Part shown: one piece after another, positions 1 to 9,903 of the stretch
Position numbering within the stretch: the first letter of the stretch is position 1
Layout of the letters: the number at the start of each line of letters is the position of its first letter
Position numbers and translations under genes: made by a program
From: a virus
Taxonomy: Duplodnaviria; Heunggongvirae; Uroviricota; Caudoviricetes
IMG/VR virus record: IMGVR_UViG_2563366824_000005
Span: 1 to 43,437 of that record
DNA length: 43,437 nucleotides
Strand: one strand, 5' to 3'
Notes under the pieces: model-generated
Told to the model about the DNA's origin: nothing
The model's database searches: none
Seen by the model: only the letters and a program-made list of their open reading frames with translations

Positions 1-309
1 TCACCCACGATTAACCAACAGCCAGACCAGCAGACACGCCACCACCGGCACAGCAAAATCCATCAGGCTTGCCACATCCCACGCGCGCGGATCAAAACCG
101 CCCCACCACGGCATATTCATTCGCTTGCCATGCCCGAACATTTCGATCCAGCGATATTCTGCCTGGGTGTGTTCACGCGCAATGAAGAACGTACAACCGG
201 CTATCGCCCCGTAAGCCCAGTTCCCGGTAAAAAGACCAATCAGTAGCTGCGCAGCCACAGCACAAAGCGCATGAAGGAAAGGTGTTATATCCATTTTCAT
301 CCCACCCAA
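1..309 (-). CDS. small multi-pass membrane protein of unknown function, moron-like gene downstream of tail-fibre genes
   Basis: ORF with stop at 1-3; candidate ATG starts at 309, 300 or 294; hydrophobic Gly/Ala/Trp-rich segments; lies directly after hairpin 311-332. Confidence 0.45.
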   Translation of the reverse strand: MGGMKMDITPFLHALCAVAAQLLIGLFTGNWAYGAIAGCTFFIAREHTQAEYRWIEMFGHGKRMNMPWWGGFDPRAWDVASLMDFAVPVVACLLVWLLVNRG

Positions 310-332
310 TAAAACGGGGCGCTCGGCCCCTT
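308..332 (-). terminator. putative intrinsic terminator after tail-fibre gene
   Basis: minus-strand GGGGC-CGA-GCCCC hairpin followed by GTTTTATT, just after the stop of ORF 337-1377. Confidence 0.5.
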
Positions 333-336
333 AATA

Positions 337-1377
337 TTATTTAGACGCAAGCGCCGCATCAATTGCAGATAATCTTTGTCTTAATTCTGCGTTTTCTTCT
401 TCCAGTGCTGTTATTCTGTCGTCTGACTCTCTGGCTACCTGAACAAGCAAGCCAGTAACACCAGAATAATCTACTGTGTAATAACGTTCACCTTCTTCAC
501 CTTCCGATCCGCTCGCACCGTCCTGATATTTCATTACGGAACCTACAACTTCTGGGATTGCTTCCAGAGCTTCCTGTGCAATGACACCAGCATAGGGCAT
601 ACCGTTTTCTTTAAGCGTGTATGTATAGCCGTTCATTTTACGGATGCGGTCGGTTGCATTATCGATCACCTGAATGTTGTCTTTCAGATCCCGGTCGGAA
701 TGCTGGTTAAATGCGGTGGCATGACATGCACCATTAACGCTTAACATATAGGTGTTATCGGTATTTTTCTGCGCATAGAACATATAAGCGCCACCATCAA
801 CACCGACTTCATAAACAACAGGACGGCTGGAGTTGCCCCACAATTGAGCAGTAACACCAGCATAAGCGGTTCCCTGTGTGTTTAATGTCATGGTTGACCC
901 ATGATTGGCATATTTGATCTGTAATGTGTCGGTGTAATCAAATTTAATAAGCGCGTTACTTCCACGCTTGCTGTATGACATAAGGCAGTTACCCATTTTG
1001 AGGTATCCGCTGTCACCGGGAAAAATCATCGTACCGCCATAAAGGTTGGTAAAGTCCCAGCAAATGTTTGTCCCGTTATCGTTCAGGTTAAGGCGCGCCA
1101 TTGCGTTACCTGGACTGTCTATCCATTTTTTGAGGTATAGTTCGCAATACGCATCCTCAACACCTGCCGTCCTGTGAGTTGAGCGGAGTTTTCTCCCAAA
1201 TATAGCTCCGCTAGTTGGTAATACCTGCTGATACCATGAAGCAGACCAGTCACCAACGATTTCATCTTTGCTGTCTACATATAATTTTGTTGCGTAGCTT
1301 CCTTGATCGTTTTTTAATTTGCTAACGTCGGATTTTAGCGTTTTGATGTCATCAGGAATTACTGTCGATGTAGCCAT
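337..1377 (-). CDS. tail fibre / receptor-binding protein with C-terminal intramolecular chaperone (peptidase S74-like) domain
   Basis: 346 aa; C-terminal segment HSDRDLKDNIQVID...GVIAQEALEAIPEVV plus coiled coil resembles auto-cleaving chaperone domains of endosialidase/T5-type fibres; recalled from memory. Confidence 0.55.
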   Translation of the reverse strand: MATSTVIPDDIKTLKSDVSKLKNDQGSYATKLYVDSKDEIVGDWSASWYQQVLPTSGAIFGRKLRSTHRTAGVEDAYCELYLKKWIDSPGNAMARLNLNDNGTNICWDFTNLYGGTMIFPGDSGYLKMGNCLMSYSKRGSNALIKFDYTDTLQIKYANHGSTMTLNTQGTAYAGVTAQLWGNSSRPVVYEVGVDGGAYMFYAQKNTDNTYMLSVNGACHATAFNQHSDRDLKDNIQVIDNATDRIRKMNGYTYTLKENGMPYAGVIAQEALEAIPEVVGSVMKYQDGASGSEGEEGERYYTVDYSGVTGLLVQVARESDDRITALEEENAELRQRLSAIDAALASK

Positions 1378-1386
1378 TTTTCTTCC

Positions 1387-1668
1387 TCACATCCAGCCAC
1401 GAAGTTGATGCTCAACAGCAACCACGTATTCATCGAATAATGACGATATTTGCGAATCATTAATGATGCGCACGTTTACAAAATATCCGTCTTCCTTAAC
1501 ACATACCGGTTCGCCATCTTCAGTTAGTTCTCCGGTTTCTTTGTACACGTTACCTATCACGTCAATAAGAATATCATCCTGCATCGACTCGTCATCATAA
1601 TAGCCAGTACTCTCCATAAAGGCCGAAAAGTCGGCCCTGTCGGCAAATTTGAGTGTTAAATCTTTCAT
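1387..1668 (-). CDS. hypothetical protein, possibly tail-fibre accessory/assembly protein
   Basis: 93 aa acidic protein; ATG overlaps stf stop (TAATG), suggesting translational coupling; no recognised family. Confidence 0.4.
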   Translation of the reverse strand: MKDLTLKFADRADFSAFMESTGYYDDESMQDDILIDVIGNVYKETGELTEDGEPVCVKEDGYFVNVRIINDSQISSLFDEYVVAVEHQLRGWM

Positions 1669-4040
1669 TAGATTGACTCCCCCACCTGAGCATCAGTCAA
1701 TGCCTTGTGCCATATTCTGAAATTCCTGACATGACCAAATAAATGACGTAACCCGGCTGTAGTCTGGCCTCCAATACGGATAATTGCGGTGTTCTGAATA
1801 CAGGACCATGTGGTTTTTGTTTCGCTGGATATATGCCCGTTACTTACTGAGCACGTAGACTGCTCTGACTTTACACGCATCCCCATAACCATTTTTTCAA
1901 GCGATGCGTTTTCGTTTACCCGTCTGTTAGCTCCTCCAATATCGCAATAAGGAAATCCGTCGTAATCTGTTGAACGACCGAAGCCAAGAATAATAGCCGC
2001 TCCGGTTTGATGACCGCCGGTATCAAAAACACGTGGCGCTGCATTTGGCGTTTTATACCAGTTCTTATGTACCTCACAAAGAACCGTAAAAGGAAGATTA
2101 TAAAGATTATTCTTAATTGGAACTGTAACTATATCGCTTGCGCGGGTCGCCGCCGTCGCTCCTGATATAATAAAAGATGATACACAAGGCCCATCTTCTA
2201 CTTGTGGGGTGGCCAGATAAATATAGTCACCAGATACGGTTGCCCCGCTCTGCTTAGGAGAATACTGTATCTGAGAGCCTATTTTAAACTCCCCATCAAT
2301 TGCCTGAATTGTTGCCTCTGCAAAAATCCATCCGGTAGCTTCGTCCTTTCTGACTCTCGCTGTAATTCTTGAGGCAGCACCGCCTGTCATATTAATTTCA
2401 AGCGTTTGTGTATCAATATACGCATCACCAAGAAAAGTTGTTGCGCTACCGTCATATTTATCAAACCGGATACGCAACCTTACCTGCAGTTCTGTTTTAA
2501 AACGACATGAGGTTGTCACGTGTTTATTATCGCCTGAGACATCAACTGACTTTGTTGCAGCAATTGATGCCATATTAATGGCTGAGGTTTGCCCAATCAG
2601 AGAATCGTTGCAGACAAACTTTCCATAGGTAAAACCAAAATTATCCGTCCCTGTTTCGGGCACATCCATATTTGACGATCGCCCCCAACTGGCAGGGCTT
2701 TCCGAATTGAGCATGTAGTTTGTTCTTTGCCCCTCAATAAGCAGGCCATCACGTTCAAATCGTGGCTCGTCAATGGCAGCCTCTGTCAGCACACCAGATT
2801 TGTTAATATAGGTTGCTTTCGATGCACGTTTAAACTTAACAATCTTGTCGCCAGGCATCGTTATTTCATCGTCACCAATAACAATTTTTTTATATGACGG
2901 CGAAAAGCCCGTAATCATATCCAGTGAATCGTTAAACGGTATCCACACATCAGGCAGTGGCTGTAAGACATATTTATACGGCTCTGCTGCCTGACTTGCA
3001 TACTCTCTGGCTGCGTCTTCACTTGCTTTAGCTGCTGTCTGGCTTGCTGCCGATGCTTTCGCCGAGTTCGCCGCTGCAGTCTCGCTTGTCTTTGCATTGG
3101 TTTCACTGGTTTTTGCCGCTTTTTGACTGTTGGCTGATGCAGTGGCAGAAGCAGCCGCCGCGCTTGCAGAACCAGCTGCCGCGCTCTCGCTTTGGGCTGC
3201 TGCAACCTGGCTGTTTTTCGCCGCAGTTTCGCTGGCTTTGGCATTCGTTTCGCTGGTCTTCGCTGCCGTCTGGCTGGACTTTGCGTTAGTTTCACTCGTC
3301 TTCGCTGCTTTCTGGCTGTTAGCCGCAGCAGTTGCTGCTCCAGCTGCTGAAGTCGCAGAACCGGCTGCTGCGCTCTCGCTCTCAGCTGCTGCAGTCTGGC
3401 TGTTTTTCGCCGCAGTTTCACTGGCTTTGGCATTCGTTTCGCTGGCCTTCGCTGCCGTCTGGCTGGACTTTGCGTTGGTTTCGCTCGTCTTTGCGGCTGT
3501 CTCGCTATTTTTCGCGTTGGTTTCTGATTTTTTAGCTGCTGTCGCGGAATTTGCCGATGCAGTCTGCGAGGCCGCTGCCGCCTGTGCGCTGTTAGCTGCA
3601 TTCGTTTCTGAGTTTTTCGCCGCGTTCTTCGATGATGCCGCTGCAGTTTCGGATTTCTTTGCCGCCGCTGCGCTCTGAGAGGCGGCTTCAGAGTTGCGTG
3701 CCGCTTCTTCCACCATTACCTCAAAACGACGCAATGCCTCCGGCATGACATCCTCTTCCGTCATGGCACCGAGAAAATCATTCAGCGTGCCTGGTCTGGA
3801 ACCTTCATAGACGGTAATGGTCCCGGCATGTGAAGGCGGAAAACCTTCAACCAGCAGGGTGACGCTGTACTGGCCATACTCAACATCCATGCTGTAACGC
3901 CCGGCTTCATCCGGATTTTCAGAGGCCACCGTATTCACCAGTACCGTGGTGCTGTTACGCTTTGCTTTGAGCTGAATAGTGCAGTTCTGTATTGGTTTTC
4001 CTGCACCGTCTTTCAGCACGCCTGAAATCTGTACTGCCAT
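1668..4040 (-). CDS. stf: side tail fibre protein (Stf-like) with Ser/Ala/Thr-rich repeat region and lectin-like C-terminal domain
   Basis: N-terminus MAVQISGVLKDGAGKPIQNCTIQLKA... matches lambda/K-12 Stf N-terminal domain; start taken at third Met of track ORF; C-terminus ends ...FGHVRNFRIWHKALTDAQV (LamG/concanavalin-like pattern). Confidence 0.8.
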   Translation of the reverse strand: MAVQISGVLKDGAGKPIQNCTIQLKAKRNSTTVLVNTVASENPDEAGRYSMDVEYGQYSVTLLVEGFPPSHAGTITVYEGSRPGTLNDFLGAMTEEDVMPEALRRFEVMVEEAARNSEAASQSAAAAKKSETAAASSKNAAKNSETNAANSAQAAAASQTASANSATAAKKSETNAKNSETAAKTSETNAKSSQTAAKASETNAKASETAAKNSQTAAAESESAAAGSATSAAGAATAAANSQKAAKTSETNAKSSQTAAKTSETNAKASETAAKNSQVAAAQSESAAAGSASAAAASATASANSQKAAKTSETNAKTSETAAANSAKASAASQTAAKASEDAAREYASQAAEPYKYVLQPLPDVWIPFNDSLDMITGFSPSYKKIVIGDDEITMPGDKIVKFKRASKATYINKSGVLTEAAIDEPRFERDGLLIEGQRTNYMLNSESPASWGRSSNMDVPETGTDNFGFTYGKFVCNDSLIGQTSAINMASIAATKSVDVSGDNKHVTTSCRFKTELQVRLRIRFDKYDGSATTFLGDAYIDTQTLEINMTGGAASRITARVRKDEATGWIFAEATIQAIDGEFKIGSQIQYSPKQSGATVSGDYIYLATPQVEDGPCVSSFIISGATAATRASDIVTVPIKNNLYNLPFTVLCEVHKNWYKTPNAAPRVFDTGGHQTGAAIILGFGRSTDYDGFPYCDIGGANRRVNENASLEKMVMGMRVKSEQSTCSVSNGHISSETKTTWSCIQNTAIIRIGGQTTAGLRHLFGHVRNFRIWHKALTDAQVGESI
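3000..3700. repeat. tandem repeats of about 189 bp inside stf, encoding AAKTSETNAK-type repeats
   Basis: motif ctgtttttcgccgcagtttc recurs at 3211 and 3400 (189 bp apart) with flanking near-identical sequence; more diverged copies on either side. Confidence 0.7.
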
Positions 4041-4098
4041 ATTCACTCCACAAATAAAAAAGGCGCCATTTCTGGCGCCCGTATTTGGGTTATAAAAC

Positions 4099-7000
4099 TC
4101 AACTGATACTGATACCGGCTGTTGATTTCTTCATCACGACAACAAGAAGGTCGCTGATACTGGTCGTTGGCGTCCAGTTATTAGCACCATATGAAGAAAC
4201 ATTGAAAGTCAGGGTGACATGACCGTGTCCGGCAGGCATATCAATGACGGATGAAAATACCCTGCTGACATCCGTCGCGGGTTGCTGAAAGATTTCCTGT
4301 CCGTTCTTCAGCACCTGCAGCTTACAGGTTGAATACCAGTATGACTGTTGGTTATTGCTGTTGAAGTTTTCATGCTTACCACCGTGAAACAGAACGGGTG
4401 GGATTACTATCTGACGGTCAAAAGCCTGGTCATCGTACACAGTGACCGTAATTGTACCGCTGGCATAACTGCCATTTCTCGGAAAGGCTTTTCCCACCGT
4501 TTTGACAATATCACCTTCAATCTGGTTGGCAGACAGTTTTCCCAGAATCCGACAGTTCTGGTTAATCGTGACATTATTGAGCGTCCCGGAGTTCGCATTC
4601 ACGTTACCGCTGATATCGGCATTTTTCGCCGTCAGCCGCCCGTCCGGTGTCAGGGAAAATACCGGCGGATTGCCGCCACTGGTAATGGTGGGAGCCGTCA
4701 GATACTTCAGGAACACTTCGTTCATGAATATCTGGTTACCCTGCGCCACAAACATCGGAGTTTCATTCCCGTTTGCCGGGTCAATAAACGCGATACGGTT
4801 AGCGGCAACCAGGAACTGGCTCAGTTTACCTTCCTCCGTATCCTCCATACTAAGGCCAAGCCCCGCGACATAATGCCTGCCGTCTTCGGTCTGCTCAATT
4901 TTGACGCCCCACATGGCATTCCATTTATCGTTGGCGTCCTTCCACTCTTTCGAAAACTCCTCCAGTTTGCTGGCGTTATCCTCCGTCAGCTCGACTTTTT
5001 CCAGCAGCTCCTTGCCGAGATGGGATTCGGTTATCTGGCCTTTGAAAAAATCCAGGTAACCTTCCGCATCATCGCTCGCCCGACCGACAGCCTCCACGAA
5101 TGTCGATTTGCCGACGGTGTTCACACTGCGAACGTAAAAATAATAATCATGACCCGGCTTAATATTGATACTGGCAGCTATCCAGTACAGCGCCGTGCCA
5201 AGATAGCGGGCTGTGGTTTCAACCTGCCTGATATCCGCAATCCGCTTTTCCGAGAACCAGAACTCAAACTGTACCGTCGGATCATAAACGGCAAGATGCG
5301 GCGTGGCGGTTATCTGAAAATAGCCCGGCGTCAGCTCAATCCTCGACGGCGCTGCCGGTGCGGCAATCCGGAACGATACCGATGCCGGATCGCCCTGCTG
5401 CCCCCAGGCATTTGCCGCCCGGACTGTCAGTCTGTAGTTCCCCAGCGCCAGTTGCGTGAAACGGTATGTGGTTTCCGTCGTCCTGGCCGTGCTGACCAGC
5501 CGCTCACTGCCGTCATCCGCTGCCACGGTCAGGCGAAGCATAAAGCTCACGCCCTTCACCACCTTCGGTGTGTCCCAGCGCGCCAGCACCTGATATTCCC
5601 CGCTGTCTGCAGTGACTTCTGCGGTCAGGTGCTGCACCGCTGGCGGCGTGACACCATTCACCGTGCCACTCTGTTCGCCGTCAAAGTGCGCCCCGTTATC
5701 CACGATGGCCTCTTTTTCCGGCACATGCTGCACGGCGGTGATGGCATACGTGCCGTCGTCGTTCTCACGGATACTCACGCAGCGGAACAGTCGCTGGCGC
5801 AGCGTCGGCAGCTTCAGCCCCCATACGCTGTATTCAGCAACACCGTCAGGAACACGGCTCACTTTTACCTTCACGCCGTCGGTGACGGACTGAACCTCCA
5901 CGCTGACCGGATTGCCACTTCCGTCAACCAGGCTTATCAGCGTGGTACCGGAGGATGGCAGCGTGATTTCACGGTCGAGCGTCAGCGTCCGGGTCTGGCT
6001 GTTCACCGCCAGCACGCGACCACCGGTGCTGATACCGGCATAGTCATCATCGCAGATTTCAATAACATCGCCCGGCACATGGCGAAGCCCTTCTGCGCCC
6101 ACGCTGAAATCCACGGTCTGCGTTTCCAGCAGTTCCGTTTTAATCAGCCACAGCCCGGCGCGGTGTGCCTGCCCCCGGCTGGTACAGCCAAAGGCATCCA
6201 TCTTCGTGACATTACGACCGTAACGGGCAATGGCCTGCGTATCTTCAACAAGCTCTGTCGCCGTCTCCCAGCCGTTGTTCGGGTCAATCCAGTTCACCTC
6301 AACGGCATTATGGCGGTCCTTCAGGGCGCTGAAGCTGTAGCGGAACGGCGCGCCATCATCCGGCATCACCACATTACTGCGGTTATAGGTCCACACCTTA
6401 TCCGACGGTCGGTCCTGCACGAACGTCAGCGTCTGTCCGTTCCATACCGGCATACAGCGCATCGCCGAGCAGAAATCACTGAGCACATCCCACGCCTTGC
6501 GCTGTGTGGTCAGGTACGCATTACAGGTGATGCGCGGCTCCGTGCCGCCAAAGCCGTCCGGCACTGACTGGTCGCAGTACTGGCCGATGACATACAGCGC
6601 CCATTTGTCCACATCCGCCGCACCAAGACGTTTCCCCATGCCGTAGCGCGGGTGGGTCAGCATATCCCACAGACACCAGGCCATGTTGTTGCTGTATGCT
6701 GGTTTTAACGTTCCGTCCCAGATACCGCTGTATTGTCGCGTCTGCGGGTTATAGTTCGACGGCACCTGCAGAATGCGCCCGCGAAGATGATAATTACGGC
6801 TCACCTGCTGGCTGCCGAACTGCTCCGAGTCCACCTGTACGCCGACCAGTGCCGTGTTCGGGTAGCACTGTTTCACATCGATGATCTCGGTGTATGACGA
6901 CCAGAGCGTTTTGTTCTGCAGCTGGTCTGTGGTGCTGTCCGGCGTCATCCTGCGCATCCGGATATTGAACGGGCGCGGCGGCAGGTTATCCACCACCACC

Positions 7001-7497
7001 GAGGCCAGATACTGCGAGGTGGTTTTGCCCTTAATGGTGATGTCTTTTTCCGTCACCCAGCCACCGTTACGCTGTATCTGAACCAGCAGGCGGACTTCCG
7101 ACGGATTCCTGTCTCCCTTTGAGGTGGTTTCCACCAGTGCCTGTACACCGAAGGTAAAGCGCAGACGGTCGATGTTTGCCGACGTGATGGTCCGGGTGAT
7201 CGGCGTTTCATATTTCACTTCCGTACCGAGCACCGTCTCGGAACCGGAGGATTCAAATCCCTCCGGCGGTGTCTGCTCCTGCTCACCTGCCCGGAACACC
7301 ACCGTGACACCGGAGATGTTGGTATTCCCCTCACTGTCCAGCACCGGTGTACTGTTCAGCAGCACGCTTTTTAATCCATCCACCGGACCTTCAATCGGCC
7401 CTTCGCTGATGGCATCGATCACACTCAGCAGCTGCGTGGATTTCAGGTTATCCTTCGCTTCGCGCGGGGTATGCCCCTTACTGCTGCCTTTACCCAT
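4099..7497 (-). CDS. J: tail tip host-specificity protein J
   Basis: 1132 aa, same length and gene position as lambda J. Confidence 0.9.
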   Translation of the reverse strand: MGKGSSKGHTPREAKDNLKSTQLLSVIDAISEGPIEGPVDGLKSVLLNSTPVLDSEGNTNISGVTVVFRAGEQEQTPPEGFESSGSETVLGTEVKYETPITRTITSANIDRLRFTFGVQALVETTSKGDRNPSEVRLLVQIQRNGGWVTEKDITIKGKTTSQYLASVVVDNLPPRPFNIRMRRMTPDSTTDQLQNKTLWSSYTEIIDVKQCYPNTALVGVQVDSEQFGSQQVSRNYHLRGRILQVPSNYNPQTRQYSGIWDGTLKPAYSNNMAWCLWDMLTHPRYGMGKRLGAADVDKWALYVIGQYCDQSVPDGFGGTEPRITCNAYLTTQRKAWDVLSDFCSAMRCMPVWNGQTLTFVQDRPSDKVWTYNRSNVVMPDDGAPFRYSFSALKDRHNAVEVNWIDPNNGWETATELVEDTQAIARYGRNVTKMDAFGCTSRGQAHRAGLWLIKTELLETQTVDFSVGAEGLRHVPGDVIEICDDDYAGISTGGRVLAVNSQTRTLTLDREITLPSSGTTLISLVDGSGNPVSVEVQSVTDGVKVKVSRVPDGVAEYSVWGLKLPTLRQRLFRCVSIRENDDGTYAITAVQHVPEKEAIVDNGAHFDGEQSGTVNGVTPPAVQHLTAEVTADSGEYQVLARWDTPKVVKGVSFMLRLTVAADDGSERLVSTARTTETTYRFTQLALGNYRLTVRAANAWGQQGDPASVSFRIAAPAAPSRIELTPGYFQITATPHLAVYDPTVQFEFWFSEKRIADIRQVETTARYLGTALYWIAASINIKPGHDYYFYVRSVNTVGKSTFVEAVGRASDDAEGYLDFFKGQITESHLGKELLEKVELTEDNASKLEEFSKEWKDANDKWNAMWGVKIEQTEDGRHYVAGLGLSMEDTEEGKLSQFLVAANRIAFIDPANGNETPMFVAQGNQIFMNEVFLKYLTAPTITSGGNPPVFSLTPDGRLTAKNADISGNVNANSGTLNNVTINQNCRILGKLSANQIEGDIVKTVGKAFPRNGSYASGTITVTVYDDQAFDRQIVIPPVLFHGGKHENFNSNNQQSYWYSTCKLQVLKNGQEIFQQPATDVSRVFSSVIDMPAGHGHVTLTFNVSSYGANNWTPTTSISDLLVVVMKKSTAGISIS

Positions 7498-7557
7498 TCG
7501 TCATGCTCCATAAACGACAAAACCGCCCGGAGGCGGTTTCACATAAAACATTTTGCA

Positions 7558-8229
7558 TCAGCGACCAATCACCACAACCTGACCACCGTCCCCTTCGTCT
7601 GCCGTGCTGATCTCCTGAGAAACCACCCGCGACCCCACAAGCATTTCACCGTACAGAACAGGCAGAACATTGCCCTGAGCAACCATGTTATCCAGTGAGG
7701 AAAAATAGGTGTTCTGTTTGCCGTTATCCGTTGTCTGTGTGCGGGGAGTTCTGGCTTTCGGTGCCAGCATCTGCGCCACACCACCGAGCACCATACTGGC
7801 ACCGAGAGAAAACAGGATGCCGGTCATACCACCGGCCCCAATGGCTGCCCCCCATGCTGCAAGGGTGGCTCCGGCAGTAAAGAATGATCCGGCAATGGCG
7901 GCAGCTCCCAGGACAATCTGGAATACACCACCTGACTTGGCCCCGGCGACTCTGGGAACAATATGAATCACAGCGCCATCAGGCAGAGTCTCATGTAACT
8001 GCGCCGTTAATCCGGACGTGCTGACATCCCGCCCGGCAATCCGTACCTGATACCAGCCGTCGCTCAGTTTCTGACGAAACGCCGGGAGCTGTGTGGCCAG
8101 CGCCCGGATAGCTTCAGCCCCCGTTTTCACACGAAGATCGATGCGGCGGCCAAATCGTTGCAAATCCCCGTAAAGGCAGATGCGTGCCATGCCCGGTGAC
8201 GCCAGAGGGAGTGTGTGCGTCGCTGCCAT
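7558..8229 (-). CDS. I: tail assembly protein I
   Basis: 223 aa, near-identical to lambda I as recalled; overlaps K by 103 nt as in lambda. Confidence 0.85.
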   Translation of the reverse strand: MAATHTLPLASPGMARICLYGDLQRFGRRIDLRVKTGAEAIRALATQLPAFRQKLSDGWYQVRIAGRDVSTSGLTAQLHETLPDGAVIHIVPRVAGAKSGGVFQIVLGAAAIAGSFFTAGATLAAWGAAIGAGGMTGILFSLGASMVLGGVAQMLAPKARTPRTQTTDNGKQNTYFSSLDNMVAQGNVLPVLYGEMLVGSRVVSQEISTADEGDGGQVVVIGR

Positions 8230-8870
8230 TTGTCGGTATACCTCTCTCGTTTGCTCAGTTGTTCAGGAATATGGTGCAGCAGCTCGCCATCACCACAGTA
8301 AATGGCGGCATGATTCGGCACCGATGAACCAAAACAGCACAGCAGCACATCGCCCGGTTGTGCTGATGACAACGGCACCTGATACAGCCCTGTGGCCTCC
8401 AGATTATCCAGATAGAGATTCTGACCGTGACGCCACCAGTCATCCTCGCGATGAAAATCCGGCATCTCAATCCCCGCCAGATGATAAGCATCCCGGAACA
8501 GCGTGTAACAGTCCGTCACCCCGTGTTCAAAGCGCCGCCCGGTGAGATGCGGCACACAGCGGAACTTATGAATCGTCCCCCGGTAGACCAGCCACCACGG
8601 CAAATCACTCTGCACCTGCAGCCGCCGGTCAGCCTCACTCAGCCAGGGCAGACCACCGGGGTGGCTGTGGACCAGCGCCACAATCTCACCCTGCATCTCT
8701 GCCCGCAGCCAGTACTCCGGCGACATCCGGAAATACGCCTCCGGCTCACCGGAGATATTCACGCAGGGAAAATATCTTTCCCCTTCCGGCGTTCTCACCA
8801 CGAAGCCGCACGACTCCGCTGGCGCACATCGCCGGGCGTGCGCCAGAATCGCTGATTCTGTCTCTGTCAT
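8127..8870 (-). CDS. K: tail assembly protein K (MPN/JAMM plus NlpC/P60 domains)
   Basis: 247-aa ORF starting just after L; lambda K is annotated from an internal Met (199 aa) equivalent to 8726 here; HSHP motif present. Confidence 0.8.
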   Translation of the reverse strand: MTETESAILAHARRCAPAESCGFVVRTPEGERYFPCVNISGEPEAYFRMSPEYWLRAEMQGEIVALVHSHPGGLPWLSEADRRLQVQSDLPWWLVYRGTIHKFRCVPHLTGRRFEHGVTDCYTLFRDAYHLAGIEMPDFHREDDWWRHGQNLYLDNLEATGLYQVPLSSAQPGDVLLCCFGSSVPNHAAIYCGDGELLHHIPEQLSKRERYTDKWQRRTHSLWRHRAWHASAFTGICNDLAAASIFV

Positions 8871-8875
8871 GGGAT

Positions 8876-9574
8876 TTACTGCGAAAGTTTGTTAATGGAA
8901 AGGAAGCCGCCAAAGTTGCCGACGTTATTGCGGAACTTACAGCCACTCAGGCATTTGCTGCATTTATCCTTCGTGATATCGGACGTTGTCTGGTCATATT
9001 CATCCGCGACCGCCGGACCGTGATAACCGCACTCATCGCCGCGATAGGTCCAGGTGCAGGTGTTGGCCAGCATGATACGTCCCGGAAAAACAGCGCCATC
9101 TGTTTCCGTCGGCGTGGACAGTACAAAAGAGGCACTCACCGCGCTCAGTTCGCTGCACTGCTCGATGCGCCAGCGGCTGATCACCTCCTGCTCCGGATCG
9201 GCGTCACTGTTTCCGTTAACGAAGTTCACCGCATCCAGAAAACGGGCGTAAACCTTACGCCGGACCACCGTTCCGCCGACCAGACTCTGCAGATCTTCCG
9301 CCATCCCGGTGACCATACCGTACAGGTTAGAAACCGTCAGCGTGGGGCGCGTACTGGTGCCTTTGCCATTCAGTTCAAAACCGCTCCCCTGAATGGGATA
9401 CGGCTGATACTGTCGCCCCTGCCAGGTGACCGGCTCACCTTTTTCGTTCAGCTCATTACAGAAAAAATAACGTTCTCCACCGACCTCTGTCAGGTCGATT
9501 TCCCAGAGCACCACGCTGGCCGACTGCTCCGCACGGGTGCATTCATTCAGTGTTTCCTGCCGGATATCCTGCAT
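8876..9574 (-). CDS. L: minor tail protein L
   Basis: 232 aa, lambda L length and position, Cys-rich C-terminus. Confidence 0.85.
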   Translation of the reverse strand: MQDIRQETLNECTRAEQSASVVLWEIDLTEVGGERYFFCNELNEKGEPVTWQGRQYQPYPIQGSGFELNGKGTSTRPTLTVSNLYGMVTGMAEDLQSLVGGTVVRRKVYARFLDAVNFVNGNSDADPEQEVISRWRIEQCSELSAVSASFVLSTPTETDGAVFPGRIMLANTCTWTYRGDECGYHGPAVADEYDQTTSDITKDKCSKCLSGCKFRNNVGNFGGFLSINKLSQ

Positions 9575-9903
9575 CAGTTCACCACCTGTTCAAACTCTGC
9601 GCTGAACTCAACACGCAGCATACTGACCCGCGACGACCATTTTGCGCAGGTCACCTTTATCTGCCGCCACTCATAAGGCGGCGTCCACAGAAAGGCCTTC
9701 CAGCCCCCGTGCTCTTCCAGAAACGACTCCAGCGCCGTGGCCTCCCAACGGGGGACAGAAAGCGTCACGCTGTACGTTTTCAGGTTGGCATTCAGCCCGG
9801 CAGGCGCTCGCTGGGAATAGCCATCACCAAAGCGCACCTTTCTTACAGAAGGGGCCGAAGCCACATCCATACCGGGTTTCACTTTCCAGCGGAAGGTTTT
9901 CAT
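9574..9903 (-). CDS. M: minor tail protein M
   Basis: 109 aa, lambda M length and position. Confidence 0.85.
   Translation of the reverse strand: MKTFRWKVKPGMDVASAPSVRKVRFGDGYSQRAPAGLNANLKTYSVTLSVPRWEATALESFLEEHGGWKAFLWTPPYEWRQIKVTCAKWSSRVSMLRVEFSAEFEQVVN

Noticed and set aside
2915-3678. Several ORFs (228, 182, 81 and 67 aa) in and opposite the stf repeat region
   Set aside because: Low-complexity translations (poly-Ala/Leu or Arg/Gln) generated by the tandem repeats; the Stf frame explains the region.
4348-6567. 739-aa ORF on the plus strand
   Set aside because: Lies entirely antisense to J, which has a full-length lambda match; this is an open-frame artefact.
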